Assembly (NCBI GenBank): GCA_051859245.1
Contig: JBHYGA010000005.1
Coordinates: forward strand, 667,527 to 731,526
Length of the DNA stretch: 64,000 nucleotides
Origin: Gemmatimonadaceae bacterium
GTDB taxonomy: Bacteria; Gemmatimonadota; Gemmatimonadetes; Gemmatimonadales; Gemmatimonadaceae
Reading direction: 5' to 3'
In this document: one piece after another, positions 32,731 through 41,568 of the stretch
Layout: each line of letters starts with the position of its first letter
Numbering within the stretch: position 1 is the stretch's first letter
Made by a program: the position numbers and the translations under genes
The notes under the pieces: model-generated
What the model was told of the DNA's origin: nothing
Seen by the model: only the letters and a program-made list of their open reading frames with translations
Databases searched by the model: none

Positions 32731-34112
32731 GTTACGCGGCAACGGGGTTGGGAGACGATCCGGTCGCCGCCGAGGCGATTGCTCGATATCACGACGGACT
32801 CACGGACGACATTGCCGAGTCGTCCATGGATATGCTGACCTCGCGGCTGCGCAGCGACGGTCTCTATTTCGGCGATCGTCCGCTCTGCAGCGTGATTCGT
32901 CCGCGGTTCTTTACGCTCGCGCAGTACAAGCATGTGGGGCGCGCGTCGCGTCTCGTTGTGTCGGCGATGGAAAAAGTGCGGGTGGCCGCGATGGCGGACA
33001 GCACGTTGCGTGCGCAGTTCCGCTTGCTCGACTGGGAAGAGCGCCTGATTCACGCCGATCCACGATTGCCGGTGGCGAGTCCCACGTCTCGTTTGGACGC
33101 GTTCTTTGCGCCTGGACCGGAGGGGCTCAAGTACACCGAGTACAACGCGGAAACGCCGGCTGGCGCGGCCTACAACGATGCGCTCGCCGCCGCGTTCATG
33201 GACCTGCCGGCCATGGCCGCGTTTCGCAAGCACTACATCGCGCTCAACGTGCCTGCGGGGGCGAGCGTGGTGCAGGCGTTGCTCGAGTCGTACTACAGCT
33301 GGCGTGGGGTACGCGAGACGCCCAGCGTGGTGATTCTGGATTGGAAGGAAGTGCCGACCTACAGCGAGTTTGTGCTGTTCGAGCAACTGCTCAAGGATCT
33401 CGGCGTGCCCGTCATGATTGGTGACCCGCGCGACGCCGAGTACGCCAACGGGGTGCTGACAATTGCGGGCACACCGGTGACGCTCATTTACAAGCGGGTG
33501 CTGCTCGACGAACTGATCACGCAGAGCGGGGAAGACTCGCCCGTGGTGCGCGCGGTGCAAGACGGCGCGGCGTGCATGGTGAATCCGTTCCGCTGCAAGC
33601 TGCTGCACAAGAAGGCGAGTCTGGCCGTGGTCAGCGATGAACAACAGGCGCATTTGCTCACCGCTGAAGAGCGGGCGGTCGTGACTGCGCACGTGCCGTG
33701 GACGCGGGTGGTCGAGGAGCGGCACACGCAGCATGCCGGTCAGTCTGTTGACCTGTTGCCCTTCATTCGCGAGCACAAGGACCGGTTGGTGCTCAAGCCC
33801 AATGACGACTACGGGGGTAAGGGGATCATCCTCGGCTGGACCGTGTCCGACGCGGAGTGGGAGACTGGCCTGATGACGGCGCTCGCGAATCCGTATATCG
33901 TTCAGGAGCGCGTGGTCCTGCCATCGGAGGCATTTCCAGCGTGGGTGGACGGGCGACTGCACATTGCCGACCGCATGGTCGACACCGCCCCCTTCCTCGT
34001 GCAACAGGCGGTTGTCGACGGGTGCCTTTCACGCATCGCGACTGATCCGTTGCTGAACGTGACCGCTGGTGGGGGCTCGAACGTCCCCACATTTCTGGTG
34101 GAGAACCGATGA
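32727..34112 (+). CDS. Circularly permuted ATP-grasp ligase (type-2-like)
   Basis: SRLD...EYNAETPAG placed N-terminal to LVLKPNDDYGGKG, YIVQERV and NVTAGGG; ATGA overlap. Confidence 0.85.
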   Translation: MSYAATGLGDDPVAAEAIARYHDGLTDDIAESSMDMLTSRLRSDGLYFGDRPLCSVIRPRFFTLAQYKHVGRASRLVVSAMEKVRVAAMADSTLRAQFRLLDWEERLIHADPRLPVASPTSRLDAFFAPGPEGLKYTEYNAETPAGAAYNDALAAAFMDLPAMAAFRKHYIALNVPAGASVVQALLESYYSWRGVRETPSVVILDWKEVPTYSEFVLFEQLLKDLGVPVMIGDPRDAEYANGVLTIAGTPVTLIYKRVLLDELITQSGEDSPVVRAVQDGAACMVNPFRCKLLHKKASLAVVSDEQQAHLLTAEERAVVTAHVPWTRVVEERHTQHAGQSVDLLPFIREHKDRLVLKPNDDYGGKGIILGWTVSDAEWETGLMTALANPYIVQERVVLPSEAFPAWVDGRLHIADRMVDTAPFLVQQAVVDGCLSRIATDPLLNVTAGGGSNVPTFLVENR

Positions 34113-34924
34113 GTGACACGCCGTACCGGCCGACGATTGGCCTGACCACACAAACGCTGCATTCCATTGACGGCATACCGCCGGCGCTTCCGTCGTCGTG
34201 GGTGATGAATCAGCGGTACTTCATGGCCACTACGATGGTGGGCGGTGTGCCGTGGATGATTCCGCTGCTCGACGACGATCTGCCCACGCTGCGCGCGATC
34301 TACGAACGCCTTGACGGTCTCTTGATTCCGGGCGGTGTGGACATGGATCCGCGGCAATACGGTCAGGAGATTGCGCCGTACTGCGGCAACCTGGATCCGT
34401 CGCGTGATCGCACGGAGTTGCAGCTTGCGCGCTGGGCCATTGAAGACGGCAAGCCGGTGTTTGGTCTCTGCCGCGGTTTGCAGATCATCAACGTGGCACT
34501 CGGCGGCTCGCTGTGGCAGGACCTGGCCACGCAGAAGCCCGAGCTTGCCAAGCATGATTATTTTCCCACGGCGGGTTACGCACGCACACATCTTGCGCAC
34601 TCGGTTACGCTCGAAGCCAACTCGCGTCTCGCGCGTTTGCTCGACGGACCGGATACCGTGATGGTGAACAGCATGCATCACCAGGGTGTGCAGGAACTGG
34701 GCGACGGTTTGCTCGTGTCTGCTCGTGCACCAGACGGATTGATTGAAGCGCTCGAGTTGCCCGGTGAAGCGTTTGTGATGGGTGTGCAGTGGCACCCGGA
34801 AGTGTTCGAAATGAGCGACCCGCACACCCGCCATTTGTTCGGCGGTTTTATCAACGCATCAGTGCAATGGGCCGAGCGTAATCGCGCCGGTCATGTCATG
34901 GCAGGATCCACCCGGGAGCTGTAA
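34109..34924 (+). CDS. Peptidase C26 / gamma-glutamyl-gamma-aminobutyrate hydrolase (PuuD-like)
   Basis: PGGVDMDP, GLCRGLQ nucleophile, NSMHHQ, QWHPE; ATGA overlap. Confidence 0.92.
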   Translation: MSDTPYRPTIGLTTQTLHSIDGIPPALPSSWVMNQRYFMATTMVGGVPWMIPLLDDDLPTLRAIYERLDGLLIPGGVDMDPRQYGQEIAPYCGNLDPSRDRTELQLARWAIEDGKPVFGLCRGLQIINVALGGSLWQDLATQKPELAKHDYFPTAGYARTHLAHSVTLEANSRLARLLDGPDTVMVNSMHHQGVQELGDGLLVSARAPDGLIEALELPGEAFVMGVQWHPEVFEMSDPHTRHLFGGFINASVQWAERNRAGHVMAGSTREL

Positions 34925-36145
34925 ATGAAGGGACCGTCGCTCACCGTCGGAATCGAAGAAGAGTACCAGATTATCGACCCGGTGACGCGAGATCTCACGC
35001 CGGGTTTTGAATCGTTGATTCGGTCTGATGATCCGCTCATGGCCGAAGTGAAGCCGGAGCTGCATCAGTGTCAGGTGGAGATTGGCACGAAGCCGTGCAA
35101 TACCATCGCTGAACTGCGCGTAGAGCTGACCAAACATCGCAAGGCGGTGATTGGTGCCGCCGCGCAGCACGGACTCGCGATTGCATCGGCCGGTACGCAT
35201 CCGTTTTCAAATTGGATGAATCAGGAAATGACGCCCAAGGAGCGGTATCTGGGCGTCAAGGCGGAGCTGCAGGATCTGGCGCATCGCCTGCTGATCTTCG
35301 GCACACACGTGCACGTGGGTATTGAAGACAACGAGTTTCGTATTGATTGTCTGAACGCCGCGCGCTACGTGCTGCCGCACATTCTGTGCCTCTCTACCAG
35401 TTCGCCGTTCTGGTTCGGGCGCAACACGGGGCTGCACAGTTATCGCAGCATCGTCTTCAAGAACTTTCCGCGTACCGGCGTGCCGCGCATTTTCAACGGC
35501 TGGTCGGAGTACACGAATGTGGTTGATACGCTGGTGGAAACGCGCAGCATTCCTGACGGATCAAAGATTTGGTGGGATGTGCGTCCGCACCATTTGTATC
35601 CCACGCTTGAGTTCCGCATTTGCGATGTGAACACGCGTGTGGATGAAGCGATCTGCGTGGCGGCGTTGCTGCAGGCCGTCGTGGCCAAAATGTGGAAGCT
35701 GCGCCGCGACAACATGACGTTCCGCGTGTACGCTGCCGATCTCATTGAAGAGAACAAGTGGCGCGCGGTGCGTTGGGGGCTCGGCGGCAAGCTGATCGAC
35801 TTTGGCAAGCGCACGGAGTTGCCGGCGCCGGAAGCGATTCGTGAACTGATTGAATGGTTCCTTGATGATGTGCTTGATGAACTGGGCACGCGCAAGGAAG
35901 TGGAGTACGCGTTTGATATTCTGCAGCACGGGTCGAGTGCTCAGCGGCAGTTGGCCACGTACGCGCGCACGGGGGATCTGCGGGCGGTGGTGGATCAGTT
36001 GATCCTGGAGACGGCTGAGGGTGTGTGTGATGTGACGCTCGGGCCGCCGCTGAATCGAATTGATGCGCCGATGACGGCGGCGAAGCCGGGGACGATCGCG
36101 ACGCCTGTTGCGCCGCCGATGGGTGTGCCGGTGGAGTCGGATTGA
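34925..36145 (+). CDS. Carboxylate-amine ligase, YbdK/GCS2 family
   Basis: [42 protein letters not shown]. Confidence 0.93.
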   Translation: MKGPSLTVGIEEEYQIIDPVTRDLTPGFESLIRSDDPLMAEVKPELHQCQVEIGTKPCNTIAELRVELTKHRKAVIGAAAQHGLAIASAGTHPFSNWMNQEMTPKERYLGVKAELQDLAHRLLIFGTHVHVGIEDNEFRIDCLNAARYVLPHILCLSTSSPFWFGRNTGLHSYRSIVFKNFPRTGVPRIFNGWSEYTNVVDTLVETRSIPDGSKIWWDVRPHHLYPTLEFRICDVNTRVDEAICVAALLQAVVAKMWKLRRDNMTFRVYAADLIEENKWRAVRWGLGGKLIDFGKRTELPAPEAIRELIEWFLDDVLDELGTRKEVEYAFDILQHGSSAQRQLATYARTGDLRAVVDQLILETAEGVCDVTLGPPLNRIDAPMTAAKPGTIATPVAPPMGVPVESD

Positions 36146-36186
36146 GGGTTGGTGCAGGTGCAGGGTTGTGTGCAGGGGGAAACGGC

Positions 36187-36337
36187 AACTGCTTTGAACA
36201 CGGAGACGCGGAGACGGCATGTGGCTCCGGGCGCGTCGCGGAGCCGCACGTTCATCAATTTTTATGTGAACTGCGTGCAAGGGCCACGGTTTGCCCTTCA
36301 TACCAACTCACTCCGCGTCTCCGTGTTCAAAGCAGTT
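36187..36337. repeat. Palindromic repeat element, copy 1
   Basis: Perfect 27-bp inverted repeat AACTGCTTTGAACACGGAGACGCGGAG (36187-36213) / 36311-36337 around a 97-nt spacer with internal hairpins. Confidence 0.9.
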
Positions 36338-36589
36338 TACGATGCCGGTGCCGAGCGCAGACCGTGGAGACTAGCACCGAACTTCTGGATTTTTGGAATG
36401 CTTGCGAGCCAGTTTCTATTCACGTGGTGCTGGCGTAACTCGGCGAGGACAGGCCGCTACGACCGTAGCGATCTACGATCCCGCGCCGACGTCGCACATG
36501 TTGCAGACGCGAAGGACTCGAAGGTGTCATCGTAGCGAGTGTCAGCGAACCGCTGCGTGACTTCAGGTGTGGCGCTGAGTCGGCACCGG

Positions 36590-36747
36590 AACTGCATTAA
36601 CACAGAGACGCAGAGTCGCAGAGACTGCATGTCGCGACGAGCAGCGTCGCAGCGGGTACACATATTCAATTAATTTGAATCTGTGTGCCGCGATGCTCGA
36701 ACAACATGTTGTCTCTGCGCCTCCGCGTCTCCGTGTTCAACGCAGTT
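36590..36747. repeat. Palindromic repeat element, copy 2
   Basis: Imperfect inverted arms of about 43 nt (36590-36632 / 36704-36747) of the same family; the interior also pairs (ACACA.ATTCAA...TTGAAT.TGTGT). Confidence 0.88.
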
Positions 36748-38624
36748 TACGATGCGAGCCCCGCGCGCAGGCTGTCGAGATCTGCACCAAACCCGAGCAG
36801 CATCCGTGCGATCGGCTGCTCATCTTCACGTATTAGCGCGAGCAGCACGCGCTCCGGCGAAATTTCCTCTCGGCGCTTCTCCCGAGTGAGCTCGCGGGCA
36901 TCAGCGAGCGCCTTCTCAACCTCCGCATCCAACGCGATCGCGGGCGCATCAACACGATCATCGTGCGGCAACAACCGCTCGCGATACTCCTGCGCAAAGC
37001 GTCGCACATCCATTCGACTGGTGTTCTTCAGCGTGGGTTGCGCGCCGCTGCGTGATCGTATGAGGCCGAAGAAAAGATGCTCGACCGTAACGAGTGAATC
37101 ACCGCGTCGGTGTGCATCATCGCCGGCGAGCAGCAACGCTTCCTGAACACGCGAAGAAAACTGCGGTTCAGGTGCTGGTTTCGCACGCTCCTCCGCGAGC
37201 ACCGCGTCGGGATCAATACCGAACAACTCGGCGATTCGACGCGATGATCGATATGGATCTCCCAACATTTCGCGTGCCATCTCGCGCGCCGATGTTCTGG
37301 GACGCCAGCCCCGCAGGTCGGGATCTGCACCGCATCGCAGCAGCGCCTCAACGGCGTTTGCCCAACCGTTGCCAACGGCGACAACGAGTAGCGGAACTTC
37401 CCACAGTCGAGCGTTCACGTTGGCGCCGCGCTTGGCGAGGTATTCGATGGTGGATGCGCGGCCGTTCATCGCGGCGACGATGAGCAGTTCGAAGAGCAGT
37501 TCTTCGTAGCTTGGTTCCGGGATCATTGGCATGGCCATGCCGGGGCTCGCGGCCGGAAAGTTTGGGCGATTTCGGCGTGCCTCCGGGCGCAGCTTTCCGT
37601 TGCTGTCAAACCATCGTGAGAGGCCGACAACATCGCCAAGTCCGGCGGCGATCCAAGCGGCGTCGCGACGGTTGGCGCGCGCCGCGAGCACGTCAACAGC
37701 ATCACCATTCCACCAACGCAATATGGCGTGCTCCAGCACGCTCAGACCGTTCGGCGCCACCCAGTTGGGATTTGCGCCAAGCGCGATAAGATGCGTGACG
37801 CGGTCGGGGCGCATCATGTTTACGCCGAGCAGCTGCGGGTTGAGAAGCGAATGCAGATCACCCCCTCGCTCAACCAGCCATTCGACAAGCGCCGCTTCGT
37901 TCTCTGGCGTTGAGCGGTCACGTAGCGAGAGCACCGCTTCCAGCAGCCGTTGCACTCCGACTCCAAACGCAGTTTCACTGGCCAGCATGCCGGGATTGTT
38001 TTCCACCACCTGCTCGAGCGCAGCCACGTCGCCTTTCCGAATGGCGTCGAAGGCCTCTCGAAATTCATCAACGTACCACGGATCGTTGTGCTGCCACGAC
38101 GCCTGTTCCGCGGACGCTTCCAGCAAACGCGTCCAGTTGCTGAACCCACTATGTCGCGCAATCGCCAGACGCGCCTCGTCTTCGGTGACGGTGCTTTCGA
38201 AGACGTCTTCCAGTTTCAGCCCGTACAGCCGAGGCACGTACGCCGCAAATGCGCGTCCGGTGAACTCACGCTTGGCGGCATGTTCAGCGATCCACTGCTT
38301 GACGCGGCGTTCGAGATGTTGGGCGGGTTCGATACCGCGACGCCAGCCCCCACGCTGTTCGCGTGATGCCAACTGTTGCTCCATCTCGCCGAAATAGCGC
38401 ACCAGACGAGGCCAACTCAAAAACCCGTACTCACGCGCAATAATGCGCTGCGCATCGGCCAGCTTGATACTCTCGGGTTTCGCAGTTGCGATGTCGTCAT
38501 TCAGCGCAGTCGCCCGCGCAATCGCGTCGGCGTTTCCCGCGCGCAGTTGCTTGAGCAGCGCCTTCGCAGCTTTGCGTTCGAACTCCAGGCTCGGGTTCGA
38601 CGGCAGCATGCGGCTTCCGGACAT
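36747..38624 (-). CDS. Ankyrin-repeat-like protein with duplicated N-terminal helical domain and C-terminal Clp-N domain
   Basis: LPSNPSLEFERKAAK...IAREYGFLSW, second IARHSGFSNW; ankyrin-like GANPN, GANVN, GADPD; Clp-N-like FSSRVQEAL...VEHLFFGL; AAAGGAGG SD. Confidence 0.85.
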   Translation of the reverse strand: MSGSRMLPSNPSLEFERKAAKALLKQLRAGNADAIARATALNDDIATAKPESIKLADAQRIIAREYGFLSWPRLVRYFGEMEQQLASREQRGGWRRGIEPAQHLERRVKQWIAEHAAKREFTGRAFAAYVPRLYGLKLEDVFESTVTEDEARLAIARHSGFSNWTRLLEASAEQASWQHNDPWYVDEFREAFDAIRKGDVAALEQVVENNPGMLASETAFGVGVQRLLEAVLSLRDRSTPENEAALVEWLVERGGDLHSLLNPQLLGVNMMRPDRVTHLIALGANPNWVAPNGLSVLEHAILRWWNGDAVDVLAARANRRDAAWIAAGLGDVVGLSRWFDSNGKLRPEARRNRPNFPAASPGMAMPMIPEPSYEELLFELLIVAAMNGRASTIEYLAKRGANVNARLWEVPLLVVAVGNGWANAVEALLRCGADPDLRGWRPRTSAREMAREMLGDPYRSSRRIAELFGIDPDAVLAEERAKPAPEPQFSSRVQEALLLAGDDAHRRGDSLVTVEHLFFGLIRSRSGAQPTLKNTSRMDVRRFAQEYRERLLPHDDRVDAPAIALDAEVEKALADARELTREKRREEISPERVLLALIREDEQPIARMLLGFGADLDSLRAGLAS

Positions 38625-38740
38625 ACGACCTCCTTTCGTGGTGGCCCCGTCCGCGTGTGGGCTCGAAAGAAGGAAGTGAGTTGTACCTGCGGGTGCATCA
38701 CCATCGGATGGGACGATCCCTTCCTGCGGACCAGCGGCGC
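38625..38740 (-). promoter_or_regulatory. Structured 5' leader with alternative SD-sequestering folds (riboswitch/attenuator candidate)
   Basis: CCUUCUUUCG (38673-38664) pairs with CGAAAGGAGG (38638-38629); competing GUCCGC/GCGGAC and AGGAAG/CUUCCU stems. Confidence 0.55.
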
Positions 38741-39010
38741 TCCGACTGCGCCGAGGAGATTCTGATGCCGGGGCAGCACCGCGTCAAGCGTCTGGATGTC
38801 GAGGCGTTCGGCTCCGAAGCGTCGTTATCTGCGCCGCCATCTGCGCCGCCATCTGCGCCCGTGACTGCCGTCACCCAAAGAGAAGGCCGTGGGCGATCAG
38901 GGACAGAACAAGATCCTCCCCAAGGCGAATGTTCGGCGGCTCCGCGAAATGTCAGGTTCCATCTTCTCGCCGCCGCACGCGGATCTGGAACGCCCCACAC
39001 GGAGACTCCC

Positions 39011-39541
39011 ATGTCGCTCGACACACTGCACGACCTGCTGGTGCACGAACTCAAGGACCTCTACAGCGCCGAGAAGCAGCTGGTCGCAGCGCTGCCGAAG
39101 ATGATCAAAGCCACGACCACACCAGAGCTGAAGGACGCCTTCACGACGCACCTCGAGCAGACCAAGGAGCATGTGGCGCGCATTGAGCAGGCGATGGAGC
39201 TCATTGGTGGCAGCCCGCGTGGTATGAAGTGCAAAGGCATGGAAGGGCTGCTCGAAGAAGGCAGCTCGCTACTCGAAGAAGATGCCGATCCGGACGTGCT
39301 CGATGTTGCATTGATCGGTGCCGCACAGCGTGTGGAACACTACGAAATCGCGGCCTATGGCTCAGCCTGCGCACTCGCCGCCAGCATGCAACACAATGAC
39401 GTGCTGTCGCTGCTCGAACTCACGCTGTCGGAAGAACTGGAAACAGACTCGCTCCTCGCGGCAATGGCCGAAGAACTCATGAGTTCAATCGCCGAGCGCG
39501 ATGGCCAGGAGGCCATGGGTGTTGCCGACGGCGAAGACTAG
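39011..39541 (+). CDS. Ferritin-like DUF892 (YciE/YciF) protein
   Basis: ELKDLYSAEKQ, HLEQTKEHVARIE, CKGMEGL, QRVEHYEIAAYG; GGAGA SD before ATG 39011. Confidence 0.92.
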   Translation: MSLDTLHDLLVHELKDLYSAEKQLVAALPKMIKATTTPELKDAFTTHLEQTKEHVARIEQAMELIGGSPRGMKCKGMEGLLEEGSSLLEEDADPDVLDVALIGAAQRVEHYEIAAYGSACALAASMQHNDVLSLLELTLSEELETDSLLAAMAEELMSSIAERDGQEAMGVADGED

Positions 39542-41568
39542 CGGAGCAGGGCCGTCGCGCTGAGGGCCGAGCTGGGCACTCGGTACACCAGCGCCTGGCC
39601 TTGCACTGTTGTCTCCAATCCGCGTTCGCTTTTCGCGCGCGACACGATTTCGTAGCGGTGAACGTGCTCGGCGTTTGAGCATTTCACCTGTACGTTCGTT
39701 CGCGCGCCAAGCGAAAGCTCCACCGCCACGACGCACTGCGCGGGCAGCGTGGCACCGCTCCAATCAATGGAAATCGTGAGTTCGCCGGTGGCGTGCACGG
39801 TGAGGGTGATACACAAGTCATCGCCCGTGAAGTCGAGCGCGATATGATCGGCGGCAATCTTGCGCACCGCCACTGCAAACGCTGAGGTCGTCCACGAGCG
39901 CAGCGGAACGTAGTCTGCGTTCTCGTACTGCTGATCCGTGACACGCGCATCGATCGCGCGCACCTGAAATAGCGACCGCACATCGAGATCGGCCGGTGGC
40001 AGCGACTCCAGCGTGTGCGAGTGCTCCAGATCGTGAATAGACGGCGCACCCTGAGCGGTCGTACTTGATGCAGCGGTGGCTTCGGTCTCGGCCGCAGCGT
40101 GTGCTACCGCCTCCGTCTCCACCGTCTCCGTCTCCACCGCGTGCGGTGTCACCGCACTCGCCGCCATCGCATGCGCTGCTACCGCATCAACGTGGTACGA
40201 CTCCACGCGACGCGTCAGCACATCCGCGGCGTTCTCGGCATGGTCCAGCCGCAGCCATGTTTCGATCGCGGCGCCACGATGCGGCGCAATCACCACCGAC
40301 ACATGTTCGCCGTGTACCCACAACTCGTCGTGGCCATCGGCGTCGATGTCGCGCCGTTCAACCGCCAGCGGCTGACCGTAGCGCAGCAACGCTTCCGCAC
40401 GCGCGAGATGATGCCAGTTCGACTCGCGCAGCCACGGCAAGTACAATCCACCAAACACTCCGTGCCAGAGCGGATCGTTGCTCTGCGCCATGCCAATCGC
40501 GCGGCGCGCTTCCACCGGATTGCCACGCGCTCGGCACAGTGCTGACACGGCCAGCATATGCTTGTGCAACCGATTCGCTTCCGGATACTTGACGAGAAAG
40601 TGTTTCCAATGCGAACCGCGCACAAAAATTCCGTCGGGTCCATCAACACGTTCGTCGCCGAGTGCCACGCGCATGTCGTTACGAAGCGCAGCGAGCCGCT
40701 GCGTCGCGGCGGCGGGCAACGACCATTCTTCCATTTCGCGATACGAGCCGGTGGGCAGATACGTGAGTCCACCGCGCCGCGACGAGCGCAGCGCTTCCAC
40801 GCCCGTTACCAGGCGAACTTCACCGGCTTGCTGCAATTCGCTGAGCGTGTCGAGAAACGTCTCGAGCCAGCCGGATCCAAAGACCCATTCGTGTGTGCCA
40901 GGCCAGCCACCAAACTTTTCGGCGTCGTCGGCAAAGATGGCGAGCGATTCACCGGCAGTTCTGCGCGCGCGCAGTGCCGTCACAATGTCGCTCACGGGCT
41001 TGAACGGAATCAGATACCGCAGGCGTTCATCGATCGGCAGCAGATCCAGATGTCGGCCATCGTGCTCCGTGCGAAACACGGCGCCAAGCGTTGATGGCTC
41101 ATGTCCCGCGGCGAGCAGCGGGCGGTCGTCAATGAGCGCGTACTGTACGCCCGCATCCGCCAGATCGCGTGCGAGGTCGGGCTCCCACACGCGTTCCGTC
41201 AACCACAATCCCGGACCTGCTGTGTCAAAGCGCGAGCGTAGCGCCTCGGTGAGCCAGGCGATCTGTTCGAGTCGATCCGCGCGCGGCAAGGTGGCGAGGA
41301 TTGGCTCGTAGTAACCCGCCAGCAAAAACTCCAACCGGCCCTCAAGGGCTAATCGACCGAGATCGTCGAGCAGGCGGTGATCGTGCTGCGCGCACCAGTC
41401 GAGCAGCGGACCGGAGATGTGAATGATCGCCGGCCACTGCGGCCGCTTTGCAAGCGCGGCAATCAGCGGCCGATACACCTCACGCACATGCTGTTCGAAC
41501 ACTTCGCCAAAGTTGCCAACGGGCTGGTGCAGGTGCAGCGCAAAATACAGATCAAGCGGCGCGGTCAT
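39538..41568 (-). CDS. GH57 4-alpha-glucanotransferase/alpha-amylase-like protein
   Basis: HLHQPVGN, HISG, YEPIL, WLTERVWEP, DDAEKFGGWPGT, SYREMEEW, KYPEAN, QSND..WHGVFGGLYLP. Confidence 0.92.
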   Translation of the reverse strand: MTAPLDLYFALHLHQPVGNFGEVFEQHVREVYRPLIAALAKRPQWPAIIHISGPLLDWCAQHDHRLLDDLGRLALEGRLEFLLAGYYEPILATLPRADRLEQIAWLTEALRSRFDTAGPGLWLTERVWEPDLARDLADAGVQYALIDDRPLLAAGHEPSTLGAVFRTEHDGRHLDLLPIDERLRYLIPFKPVSDIVTALRARRTAGESLAIFADDAEKFGGWPGTHEWVFGSGWLETFLDTLSELQQAGEVRLVTGVEALRSSRRGGLTYLPTGSYREMEEWSLPAAATQRLAALRNDMRVALGDERVDGPDGIFVRGSHWKHFLVKYPEANRLHKHMLAVSALCRARGNPVEARRAIGMAQSNDPLWHGVFGGLYLPWLRESNWHHLARAEALLRYGQPLAVERRDIDADGHDELWVHGEHVSVVIAPHRGAAIETWLRLDHAENAADVLTRRVESYHVDAVAAHAMAASAVTPHAVETETVETEAVAHAAAETEATAASSTTAQGAPSIHDLEHSHTLESLPPADLDVRSLFQVRAIDARVTDQQYENADYVPLRSWTTSAFAVAVRKIAADHIALDFTGDDLCITLTVHATGELTISIDWSGATLPAQCVVAVELSLGARTNVQVKCSNAEHVHRYEIVSRAKSERGLETTVQGQALVYRVPSSALSATALLR

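Noticed and set aside
36149..36669. ORFs 36149-36535 (+) and 36457-36669 (-)
   Set aside because: They run through the palindromic repeats and show no protein-like motifs.
36187..36793. Repeats as a CRISPR array
   Set aside because: Arms are inverted, spacing is irregular (97-250 nt) and no cas genes are present.
36311..36793. Duplicated gene end as a diversity-generating retroelement TR/VR pair
   Set aside because: Mismatches are not confined to adenines on either strand and there is no reverse transcriptase in the window.
38827..38859. 12-nt tandem repeat ATCTGCGCCGCC x2.75
   Set aside because: Real but short and intergenic; most simply a slippage duplication with no evidence of function.
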